DNA of 64,000 nt from Balanoglossus misakiensis (lineage: Eukaryota; Animalia; Hemichordata): contig CM082580.2 of assembly GCA_040954595.2 (NCBI GenBank), positions 13,876,242-13,940,241 on the forward strand, given 5' to 3'. The position numbers were made by a program, and so were the translations under genes. The first letter of the stretch is position 1. Each line of letters starts with the position of its first letter. Positions 25,462 through 37,139 of this stretch are shown here, one piece after another. The notes below the pieces were generated by a model. It was given only the letters and a program-made list of their open reading frames with translations, ran no database searches and was not told where the DNA came from.

Positions 25462-26916
25462 AAAATGACGGGAATGTTTCACGTACTCCATTGTACATAT
25501 CAACGCATGTGTTTCAGATTTCTCGGGTGCTTTGAAATGTAGCCATGGAAACAATACCGAGACAATATCACACTTTCATATATGTCTTGTGTTGGAACAT
25601 TGGTTCGAAAGATGAGATACAATAATATTCAGAAAAAGGCGCAGCTCATTCTATATCTTCATAATTTTATTTCTCATCATAAGTTCAGCAATATTATCAG
25701 GAGACGCTTACATATATTTCATTATCGGATAAGATTTTTAAGGGGTAGTTTATTTTAAATATCACAGGAATCTGCAAGTTTGCTCTTACTTTGTGGGTAT
25801 GGGCGCAGACCTGAAAGGTGTGTTGATAATGAGTAGACCTATATGACAGAAATTTAACCAATATATTGACATTTTGTATAAAAGATTTACAAAAATGAAA
25901 TGTGTGGCTTGGGCAGGTTCCAGCCACCCTAAAAGGCCTAACCCTATTTCTGATCTGTGGTCTTAATGTTTTATCAACGTTTGCATTACCAACTGCGGCC
26001 GAATCATCGAGCGATATTAGTCAAGATGCCTTTGATGCTTCCTCAGCCTATTTTACTTTTTGTAAACAAGTTATCAACGAACTTTTTGTAGTAAATTAGT
26101 CTTTTTGCTCTTTTCAAATCTGTACTTTTAATTAAGTGAATATTATAGGTCATCGACCAGTTGAAACATAATTGATTGTGTGGCTAAAGATATCTCTAAA
26201 CCATCTACTCTCTGCGCGCGCTCTTCTACGATGTTCTCGCGCGCGCTCGACGTGGATGGAGAGTGCAGTGGATTTTGGAGTAAGATAGGGAGACATTTTC
26301 TCCGTTCAAACAACAATGCACAAAGTAACAATGTTCCTCCATCACTAGTCAGATATATGGAGACGTCGTTCGGATGTAATTCCCACTGCGTAGAAGGTAC
26401 GTATTGAATGGATAAAAAGTAAATATAATAGTAAATAGTTTTGCATCGATAAAATGACGGTGTGAGCTAGTTATACCGTGTGTACTTTGTGGAATTTCGG
26501 AAGATTTTTTCATTGAAATATTCATTCCAAGTACACGGTCGTTTCCCTGCCGAGGCCAAATTCTTTTCCAAACGATATGAATTGACGACTTGAACTCGAC
26601 TTGCAATTATGAAGTTCCGTAAGAGACATACTCAGACAACAGCCATAATGTACAAGAAGAGTTGTAGTGAGAATGGAAATGTTTGATATCTTTGAGTTGT
26701 TGTTCTCAGACCAAAATGTGAAAGTTTCACGTACGAGCCTCGATGGGCATCATCCAAACTGATGACGTTTCATGTTTTCACAGCGGGCGAGTGATGGGTC
26801 CATAGCCCTCCTGTATACATGTACCGAGTACATTTGTACTGAAATGGATGTTCGTCATTGGTTTCCCTGGTAGCAGGATGAACAAGAGCATGTTCTAACT
26901 CAAGAGTGGCACAAAA

Positions 26917-29900
26917 ATGTCTGCATGTTCTGCAACTGCATCCAAAACTGTGAGTCAAAGTCCAGGTGATCCCACAAGCATTGTTTGCAACCTTTGCAAT
27001 AAAAAGTTTGGCGATCTGACTGCTTTGCACCAACACAAGCAAGACAGTCACTCTCTGAGCACGTGCACTAATTGTCGTGAGACATTTGGAAGCATCAAAG
27101 CGTTTTTTCAGCACCAAAACGACAACCACGTCACTTTCTTCTGCTCCATCTGCCATGGCGTCTTTGGAAATCAAAAGGAACTACTCCAACACAAAGAATC
27201 TACCCACAAGGTTGCATGCAGCTTGTGTGCCCGCGAGTTCAAAAGCCAAAACTCACTCTACCGGCACATAACATGCAAACACAGTTTGTACTGTCATCTA
27301 TGCAGTGAGGTGTTCACCAGTGTGGAGGTCCTAGCCAAGCATAAAGCTGATCCAAACATCCACAAATTTCTGTGCAACATCTGTAATCGAGTATTTCCTA
27401 ACCAGGAAGAACTTACTAAGCACACAGAGAAGTGCCAACCCACTCAGGGCACTGTTGGCGATGCTGCTGAAGACATCCAGAATTCTTTGAGTCATTGTGG
27501 ATTTTGTAAGGAAACATTTTCCTGTCCCAGGGCACTAACTCAACACCACATCATGAAGCATCGGTTGTTTTGTAATATCTGTGATGAGGAATTCTCTGGC
27601 CAACAAGCCTTTGCAGACCATCAAGCTGAAGTGCATAAACTGAAAATGTTGCAGTGCACACGGTGTGGTGCTTTGTTCGAAGACCTTCATGCAAAGCTTT
27701 CTCATGAAAAAGCTGGCCATAAGCAGTGTGCTGTCTGTCAGAAATTACTTTCATCTGATTCTGAACATGCTGCACACATGAGGGATGTACACAAGCTTTG
27801 GTGTCAGCTCTGTAAGTGCGCATTCAATGATGAAGCACGACTAACTAAACACAACAAGAAAATTCACAACTGTGACGTGTGCAGTGAGATCTTTCCTAGT
27901 AGCACTTTGCTAGCAGATCATAAATATCAAAAGCACAATGTGTCCAGTGATACGAAAGCACTAGAGATGCACTGTACTGAGTTGAAGCCATCACAGGTTT
28001 CTTCAATGAAGTCTTCCTCAGTTGAAGACGACACTTCTGCAACAGGGACAGAGCAGGTTCCATCGCATGTGCCATCACCATTGCCAGCAACGACGTCTCA
28101 AGAGCCAGTGCTACCACAAGTGTCGTCTGTTTTGTGCACGCCGGTTCAAACATCTTCCAAGACTTTGCTGCAAGAATGTAAACCTCCTGAATCACTCTCC
28201 ACACAATCTTCACCCAGTCAACCTGTGTCTGTCCAGGATCAGTCTTCCAAGCCAACACCACTGGCAGCCAACTCCAAGCTTGTACCATCTGACAATGCTG
28301 TATCACCGACAACATCTACCAAGTCGTCATCAACCGAATTGACGTCTGAACAAACAGCGATGACAGTCAAGCAAGAAATCTCACTGCAACAACACTGCAA
28401 AGACAAGCACAGCAGTGATGCTCCAACTGCGAACCAAAAATGCGGTCATTGTGGACAAACGTTCAACAGTACCACAGCATTGTGTGAGCATAGTAGTAGA
28501 GCACATGGTGGATCATCAGCTTTAGCCAGTCACACTAATCCTGATCTTCCAAATGTAACAAGCACTCTTGGAGAGACATCAAACGATGGAAAGGAACTGC
28601 AACAGAACTGTGAGGACAAAAACAGTGGCCGCTCTGAGACTCCAGTCTCACGCAGCTCCTCTGGACTGTTGGATGGCAACAGCGAACTCCGAGAACACTG
28701 CAGCAGCCAACGCAGTTCTAGTCCCTCCTTTCAGGGCGTTAGCAGTTCTAGCAACCTCTCACTGTTGAGCAACTTGAGTGAGCTACAGCAGCAAAACTTG
28801 AAGAAGTCTGGATCGGCAAACCTGAGCAATTTGTACGGATCATCACTCAGCAACAAGTGTGAAGTTGAACAGCGTTACCGTGACGACCAACGTGTTGGTA
28901 CCTCTGTGCCACCCACAATTCAATGCAGTCAGTGTGGAGTGTGTTTCAGTGACAAGAGTGAATTGCAGCAACACATTAAACGGCAGCATTGTGTTCCTCC
29001 TAAAAGGACGATCCAGTGCAGCAGAGATGAAGCGTCACTTTCGGAAAACAAACTGCAGAGACGCGACGATGAGTGCAGGGACTCTGGGTCTCCGAATCTC
29101 TGCACTGCGAGTGGACCGTCCCCTGGTGACAGAAACCCCGTGCAGCAACACTCCAGACGGAAACACAAGACGATGGCGCAGCTCATGTGCAGCAGGTGCC
29201 GGAAAACTTTCAAAGATCCTAAATCTCTTGAGCAACATCAAAGGGACAAGCATGGTTTCAGTTTGCCAGGTAAGAGGCAAAACAGTCATCTCCAAATTGG
29301 CCTTTGAGAGAATAACAGTAATGTTTGATATCCACAGACAAACTTACCACATTGTCCTTGTTCTCATGATCAACTTTATGAATACAGGTGATGACTCGAG
29401 TGTGTTGAACACTGATAGCCTGTGTCTGTGTCAAGTTTGTTGGCGCGTCTTCAAACACCAGGATGATTTAAACCAACACGTCAGAGCAATGCATCCAGGA
29501 GACTTGATGGCACTGGGTAAGTAGTGTAATGTTGATAGACTTGATATAAGTTGCACAAATAATTTGTTCACAAAAAAAAATAAACACACAATTAGATTCT
29601 GCAGAATTGGATTGGTTTGTGCCAGAACCTTATGTATTTTGAAGTTGAGTATCAATATGAACTACAATACAGATCAGAACTTGGATTCCCAAAGAGTCAG
29701 CTCTGGGCTAAGAGCAGTTATTGTGTATGTATGTTTTGTTGACCCACAGGCAGTTCAGTTCATCAAATGATCACTTATGCATATTTCACAAAGATTGGTA
29801 GCCTGCTACAACAGAACCCATGTAATCTGTGTCACTACATGGATCTGCATCTGCAGCCGACTGAGGAGTATAACGATGGGATCTCCAGTGTTATCACAGA

Positions 29901-31231
29901 ATTGGTGAATTGCCTTCAAGGATATACAAAAATAAGTCGTTACATCAAGGTAGGTTTGCTTTCACAAAGAATCTATGCCAATGTATGAATTATCTCTTGT
30001 TCATGAACTTTTGCTTTCATGTGCTGCATTCCTTGATTATGATCTGTTTCATATGTACGGTACACTACAAAGTGATTTTAACTCCTTATTCTCTTCAGGG
30101 TGGCTCTTTTGGGCAAGGGACCCACTTGGTGAATGCCTCGGACGTCACGGTTGTTCTGTTCTTGGAGGAGTTTCACAGCATGGCTGACATGGAGACCAAT
30201 CTGTGGGACAAAGTGCAAGGCATCAAGAAGTATCTGTCCAGTGATTGGCCGCGGTGCAGCTGTGAATTTGAAGTGGAAGCGGTGACACTCTGCAGTCTGA
30301 AATTGCGCAGTAAACCCTCGGCCAGTTTGCTTTGTGCCATTGAATTGATGCCAGCATACGATGTCTTTGGTAGTTTCCCTTCTGAAGGTATGGATCAGGT
30401 AATGGAGGGACTGTGTATTGCAAGGGTGACTTCAGTTATGCCAGTCTGCAAATGGCTGTGGAGAACTCCAATGTGCATTCTAAGTTAGGGGTATAGGCAG
30501 TTTTAGGTGTATTTTGATTTCTTGTGACAATTAGGAGTTTCAATGTTTTACTTCATCACAACAGACAGAAAGGAGGGGGTGTTCTCCAAAATGATAGAAG
30601 AGTCACCATCCGAGAGGAAATACTATTCAGCCGTTTCTACTCAACTGAGAGTCAAATTCTTCCAGGAGCTGCCACCGCGCGTCAAAGACCTCATCCGACT
30701 TGTCAAGCACTGGCAAGACTGCCACTTGCCGGCCAGGACTTGGAGACTACAGAATCAGAACTCTATATCGTCATATGCCTTGGAACTGATCACTGTGGAT
30801 GCTTGGGAGGATGTGGGTGAACCCCTGAGATTCAGTCTGGTGCAGGGTTTCAAAGCGGTGTTACAGAGGTTGGTGGATTATAGGGACATCGATGTGGAGT
30901 GGTATGACCATTACAGTGAGGAAATGGCAGAGAAAATCAGACAGAATGGATATTTAGTCTTTGCCAGTAACAGGTTGGTCAAACATTTATCCACATAAAA
31001 TTTAGGTGATTTTATTCCTTTACAATTTATGTATTGGTCTAATTCAGACTGAGAAAGCAATATCCTCCTTTTCCTCTACTTCCCAGTCCTGTGGTTGTGG
31101 ACCCAGGAAACCCTGCCATCAACGTCTGTGCCGACTGCAACCAATGGGATGAGCTTGCCAGAACAGCTGCAGAGAGTCTGCAGCAACCATTACTGCAGGG
31201 AACCGCAATCAAAACAGATTGGGTGGAATAA
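26917..31231 (+). CDS. Multi-C2H2 zinc finger / OAS-domain fusion protein with degenerate catalytic triad (~1174 aa)
   Basis: Exons 26917-29269, 29388-29516, 29750-29949, 30099-30387, 30565-30973, 31087-31231; 3525 nt, phases compatible. There are 16 CxxC-x12-H fingers, then OAS motifs LQPTEEY, GGSFGQGT, SDVTVV, IELMPAYD, VKDLIRLVKHW, SYALELIT, PVVVDPGNPAINV. Confidence 0.8.
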
Positions 31232-32052
31232 CTTGTAGGATTATCTGTGTCAACTAGAAATTTTATGGTTTTGATTTCTTTTTGGTCAATAGTGGATAAG
31301 TTGATTTTAGACTTGTCATGGATGGTTTTACTATTCATTAGAATCTATATCTTTATATCAAGGAAATATTGAAATTTCAAATGTGATATTTTGTGGCTTA
31401 TTTTTTATTTGACAATTACATCTCCATAAGCTTTTAAATCATGTAAATATTCGCATGATATGTCATTGAATTCTTAATAAATCTGTTTTTATTCTTGTCA
31501 ACCTTCAAAACTTGTCAGCTATGGAAATGACTTTTAATATCAGTTGCAAACAAAGGTAACAGGAGCCATCCAATAGCAGAGCAGTCCAGTCCAGTGTGGG
31601 CTCAACAGAAGCGCGCCACCAAGAGTTGGAATATGAAACAGAACATAACCATTTCATCATACTGGTGACGTGGGCATTTTGTACTTTGAGCTTCATTGGG
31701 CATTAGGGTAGGACAGATTAATGCTTGCAGGTGTGAGTGTATGTGTGTATTTCTTTCATCATTTAAACACAGTTTTGTTTGTACAATGATCCACTCAAAT
31801 TTGAGTAATACAAAGAAAGAGATGATTGACTAGCCACACCAAGCTGCCCTGTATGTATACATATACTTTATTTGTTGCATCATTCAAAGTCATACCATAA
31901 CATAAAATGTAGAATCTTAATAAATGTATCCAGAATAGTTTAAAATCTTTAGTACTCTTCAACCCTGGCTGTGAACAGAATGCATAACCACAGATTCTAT
32001 GCTGTTAAAAACAATATTTCTCCAGTACTCTTAACATCAAGCAGCAGATTTA

Positions 32053-33009
32053 TTATAAAACTTTCCTAAACTGTTTGAAAACAAAGTCCCCCACTTGCTT
32101 TTTAAATTTATGTGCTTGACTTTTTTTGCCATCTCTTGCGCCCTCGATTACAATATATTTCTGCAGCTCATACAGAAAGTAAAAAGCTTGTCGTGTCATT
32201 GCTTCTGGGGACTCATCTCGTGCTTTCCCATACCCTTTCCAAAATGCCGGTTTCGATATACTGCAGTAGTCAAGGATAGCAAATTCTATTTCTGGGTCCC
32301 CCCAAAGAGCCCTGTCCCAATCCAAAATTCCAGTGACATGACTTTTCTCATCAACTAGTATATTCTCATGCCATATGTCCATATGCAGGAGGTGTGGTTG
32401 GACCTTTCGATCGAACAATGCACGGTGCTCTTGGAAGAGCTGCAACAGCGCATCTTTCTCCTTGTCACCATAGTAACCCTCCCTGACGACGTCATCAATG
32501 AGCTTCCCCCACATCACTTCAAAGGCGTCAACCCAGGTGGGTTGTGGCTCCATAGGGCGGTGTTCACCTATGTAACCATACATATTGGACTCTGCCGTCA
32601 GCGAGTGCACCTCTCCTAGATGCTTGCCAACTTGGAACAAGATTTTTTCCCAGTTAGCGTGGGGTTGCTGACCAGCCGGTTGTCCGGGGACTCTCTCCAT
32701 CAGCATAAAGTCTCGGTCAATAGTCTTTCTTGTGAAATCACTGGCGATAATCTGTGCAACGGGTACGGAGGTTTTAGCTCGTACCAACTCATGGATGCCT
32801 GGTTCTTGCTTCATCATTTCACGTTCATAGAAAACGAAGGCGGAATCACTATGAGGTGCAACGCGAACAACAGTGTTATTGTCCACGTAATATGATGTAT
32901 TAAAAAGCCCCGTTTGAATGGGTTTGAGTTGGGAAGTCTTTGTAATGTTGGGGATATGGATCCCAATAGCCTTCACCAGATCTTTCAGTTCCAAGTTAAA
33001 TTTAGACAT
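32053..33009 (-). CDS. Intronless aminoglycoside phosphotransferase / choline-kinase-fold protein (318 aa)
   Basis: Single ORF from the ATG at 33009 (MSKFNLEL). Motifs: GLFNTSY, VVRVAP, FYEREMMKQEP, LMERVPG, Brenner-type LLHMDIWHENILV, GILDWD, WGDPEIEF. An AATAAA lies on the minus strand near 31868. Confidence 0.85.
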   Translation of the reverse strand: MSKFNLELKDLVKAIGIHIPNITKTSQLKPIQTGLFNTSYYVDNNTVVRVAPHSDSAFVFYEREMMKQEPGIHELVRAKTSVPVAQIIASDFTRKTIDRDFMLMERVPGQPAGQQPHANWEKILFQVGKHLGEVHSLTAESNMYGYIGEHRPMEPQPTWVDAFEVMWGKLIDDVVREGYYGDKEKDALLQLFQEHRALFDRKVQPHLLHMDIWHENILVDEKSHVTGILDWDRALWGDPEIEFAILDYCSISKPAFWKGYGKARDESPEAMTRQAFYFLYELQKYIVIEGARDGKKSQAHKFKKQVGDFVFKQFRKVL

Positions 33010-33230
33010 TTCTGGTTTTCTTTTCGTTAAAACACTGGCGATCCTTGAAGCGTTAATTGTAGTACAGATACTTGGGATAAATGTTTTGCTCGGGTGTCTA
33101 TAGAGCAACAACGAATGAACCGTTGTGACTGTGAACTAATACAATCTGCAATACATGTACATGTGCAATATACACGTGATCGTGACCGTACGTACACAGT
33201 ACCTTCGTCCAAAGTTGTTTACATGCAGTC

Positions 33231-33605
33231 ACGGTGCTGAAGTTATTCTCGTTTTCGTATTCGTATTCGGGTTCATTCTCGTATTCGTTTTCGTATTGGA
33301 GTCACTGACAGAAGCGAGGTATTTTTAGCCCCCGATTCCACCATGAAACAGAAATTTACAGGGTGTATACAAATTTGCTTACTTTCATTGTATGTTAAAA
33401 TAACTGTACATGTCGGGGATTCTGCAATTTTGAAATAAAAGCCTTCTTTTGACGTTTTGGAAGGAAAAGGTGTTTTCCCCGAATTGGAGGAAAGAACCCC
33501 AAAACAAACTTTGAGATTTTCATTTTCGTATTCGTATTCGCCTAGCGCCTTACCATGTGGACCAAGGGTACGGGCACTTGAGATTTGCTGTAATTATTAC
33601 TTTCA
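33231..33605 (+). repeat. Left TIR (375 bp) with internal TTCGTA sub-repeats
   Basis: Reverse complement of 35815-36189. Confidence 0.95.
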
Positions 33606-33989
33606 CAACCTTGTTAGATTCATGTCTGTATTATAAAGTTTTGTTAAGATTGGTGCAATAATTCACTGCCAATACTGTCATGGTGCTTTTCATATACAAC
33701 CATATGATATTCAGCAACATTTTGATCTTTGAAACCTTCACATGGCTGGTACTTAATTTGTCTTTCACCTGTTGTAGTTGACAGGTAAAACAATGACAAC
33801 AATAATAGTGACATCAATCAATAGCAGTTTATTCATGTAAAGGGCCACCGCCCATCGTACTATACAACTTACAGAAAATATACTTTAACAAAAGGGTGGT
33901 CACGTGAGGCAAAGTTTAACGAATGTACAGGCAAAGAATAATTTGTGGAGCATAAAGTAAATTAAGATGAATTCAAATATTCTCTTCTC

Positions 33990-35056
33990 TTTAGAAAAGC
34001 TTTATAAATGTAAACGTAGTTTGAAAATAAAATTGGATTTCCTTGTTGAAAATGAGATGATTTTATCTCTAGTCAGATTTTTGTTCATACCAGTGGGGAG
34101 TAAATCCCTACGAAGTGTTACATAAAGTGGACAATACATAATGAAATGAAGTTCATCTTCTTGTATGAATACATTTTGTTTTTCGCAAAAAGGACAAATT
34201 CTATGGTATTGTATATCGAGGTGGGTACATGTATGTCTTCTAGTTTCAATAATTAAACTATGATTTGAACAGTGAAATTTTGACAATGCAAATTTCAACA
34301 ATAATAATAACTTTATTGCACAACAACACACTCGGGGAGTGCGGTAAGGCAAAATTTACACAACTGGACGAAAGTGCTGCTGGGGGTGGATATAAATATA
34401 AATATATAAATTTAAATATATAGATATAAATTTCACAAGAGGAAGTTTATCTTTGTGAGTAAAAATATACATGAACTTTTCTCTTTCATTTAAATCAAGA
34501 AAGCCAGGATTATATAAACTGGTGGATAAAAATAGAATGTCTCTATAAGCGCTATATTTTGGACATTCTATAACAAAGTGAAATTCGTCCTCAACTAAAA
34601 GACTCGCATTGTTTGCAGAATCTTTCATTTAGTGGAACTATTGGCATTGACCTACCCAATTCTATTTAAAGGTTATGATCCGAAATTCTAAGTTTGTTAT
34701 CCACTTCCTTTTAGTAAAAGATCTTATATCTAACAAATAACTTTCAAATTTAAAGCTTGTCTTAAATAGTCTATAAGTTCGGAGCTTGTTCTTCTGTATT
34801 CCACATTTTCTTGTATCATTATGTATATTTCTCAGCCAAGTTTGTTCATGAGTTTCGCATAAACTATCATATACATGTTTACCTGTGGAATTGATATTGC
34901 AAATAGAAGTCCATATATCCCTCCCACTATACGAGTTCAATACCAGACTGAAATGGCGAAAGAATACCATTACTATCAAGAAAATTAATAAGCCTGCTAT
35001 TCAACACATAGGTAAATAGTTTTGCAAGACAACTACTTATAGAAATTCCTCTATAA
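33990..35056 (-). mobile_element. Degraded non-LTR retrotransposon (LINE, RTEX-like) ORF2 fragments inside the TIR element
   Basis: ALSKFHCSNHSLIIET...RICPFC...EDELHFIMYCPLY (CCHC end), a second VEDEFHFVIECPKY, KNKLRTYRLFKTSFKFESYL, and the RT N-terminal piece YRGISISSCLAKLFTYVLNSRL...SPFQSG. Clade assignment is tentative. Confidence 0.8.
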
Positions 35057-35814
35057 ATTTGATGGATCACTTGTATCACCTGATTTGAATGCAGGGACCA
35101 AATATGCCTTTTTCCAAGCATTTGGAAATGTTCCTGATCTAAGGATGACATTGAATAATGAACAATAATAATAGTAGTAGTAAGCATCACGTTATTCAGA
35201 ATTTATACAATAATAATAATGCATTTTTGATACACATGAAACATTTTCACAGAAAGATACAGTAGATAATCGTCATTTCATGTAGACAAAATATTACTAG
35301 TGGTGTGGATAACATAATCCAAGCTAGAGCCAATGTCTCTTAGGTTTTGAAATTTTGGAGAAATTTGGCGTATATTTGGATTTGTTGTCACATTTTAAAC
35401 TCAAGTTGTGATAATTTGCACATCTGTGGCATCACCTACATGGGCTCATTTTCTTTCTTTTTTCAAAGGAGGTTAGAAAGTGTTCAATATTCTGTGATTT
35501 TACAAATCTTCCTGACAGCAATCATTCCCTAGATCTTTGAATCCTTCAGTATCACCATAAGAGCATCAACAGGTGTCCTTTACAGCCAGCTGTCCTATAA
35601 AGAGATAAAATTCTATTCAATCTTTGGCTTTAAAAAATCTGCTTAAAAGAGAGGGAGAGAGAAGAGTGAGACTGTCACTGTGAGTGAGAGATGGTCATTA
35701 TGTTTGCATATGATATGAACGTTCAATAAAGTACCTGGCATATCTGTAGGAATCAAACACTTGAAACAGGTAGAATTTCCAGATCTAGGCCATCCGATCA
35801 GCAGAAATGTCCTC

Positions 35815-36189
35815 TGAAAGTAATAATTACGGCACTTCTCAAGTGCCCGTACCCTTGGTCCACATGGTAAGGCGCTAGGCGAATACGAATACGAAAATGA
35901 AAATCACAAAGTTTGTTTTGGGGTTCTTTCCTCCAATTCGGGGAAAACACCTTTTCCTTCCAAAACGTCAAAAGAAGGCTTTTATTTCAAAATTGCAGAA
36001 TCCCCGACATGTACAGTTATTTTAACATACAATGAATGTACGCAAATTTGTATACACCCTGTAAATTTCTGTTTCCTGGTGGAATCGGGGGCTAAAAATA
36101 CCTCGCTTCTGTCAGTGACTCCAATACGAAAACGAATACGAGAATGAACCCGAATACGAATACGAAAACGAGAATAACTTCAGCACCGT
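35815..36189 (-). repeat. Right TIR (375 bp)
   Basis: Reverse complement of 33231-33605. Confidence 0.95.
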
Positions 36190-37139
36190 CATGCAGTCAG
36201 CTGTTGGAATATCAGACCACCTAACTTAGTGCAAACTATATATGTATATTTTGTATGTTTGTGGAGTAAAGTTTAAAGATTGTCCTTCTTAACCCGTGTA
36301 TTTTTTAATTACTTTGGACTATTAGCGTAGTAGTTAACGTGTTGTTTTTAAATTCAGCTCAGTACAGACGTACGACGCGACAAAGGCCGCGTACTAAATG
36401 AAGTTATTTACAGTGTCTTGAGGGGCCAGGGGTTAGATACCCAAAACACTTTGCGCGGGGATGGCGTCGTCGTAAACAAGATCTCAGTAAAGTCTTGGAC
36501 AGCTTGCAGACATCATTGCACAAGTAATATCACACTGCAAATTTTCAATTGAATCAAAAGTGAGGACAACCCAAAGCTGTGTTCCGATAATTGCGCCACA
36601 GGCTCGACTTAAAAAGAGTTTGAGAAGGTAAGTGCGTTTCGTCATCGCTCATTGCGCCATCGACGCTAGACCTACAGTAGTATCAGATCCTGAAGCAAGG
36701 CGAAGTGTCATGGTCATGACAGTAGACATTTACTTTGAAATACTAGTAAATCACGAATGAAAAACGCGAAATTCTCCCAATGAGCACTTTGCTTAGTCCT
36801 CTATATACTCCATGATTGCACGGTTCAGACATAAGTACCAGATCATATAGTTCCGATCTTGCGCACAAAGTTTTGAAATGTACAATTTGAATATAAAGGA
36901 CGCTCACCTTGTGCCTGCCACGTCACAAAAGGCAATCAGCTGTGTTTATGTTAAAGTACAATGTTGTTTATGTTTTTTAAACTTGTTTCATATACCCCAA
37001 GAGAAATCGTTTCATAAAGTTTGTTTTGTGAACGTTTACAAACATACACTGTACTTTATTGTTGGTGGCAATGGTGTTGTCTATTATTCATCTGTAGAGA
37101 ACACTGGTGTTTTGCGAAAGTCCTAACTTTTGAAAGAAG

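Larger units (their letters stand above)
33231..36189. mobile_element. Non-autonomous TIR DNA transposon (Mutator/foldback-like), 9-bp TSD CATGCAGTC
   Basis: TIRs 33231-33605 and 35815-36189 begin ACGGTGCTGAAG and differ by about 7 mismatches on manual comparison. CATGCAGTC flanks both ends (33222-33230 and 36190-36198). No transposase ORF is present. Confidence 0.93.

Noticed and set aside
33010-33111. N-terminal extension of the APH ORF in the ORF track
   Set aside because: It starts at a non-ATG codon; the first in-frame ATG is at 33009.
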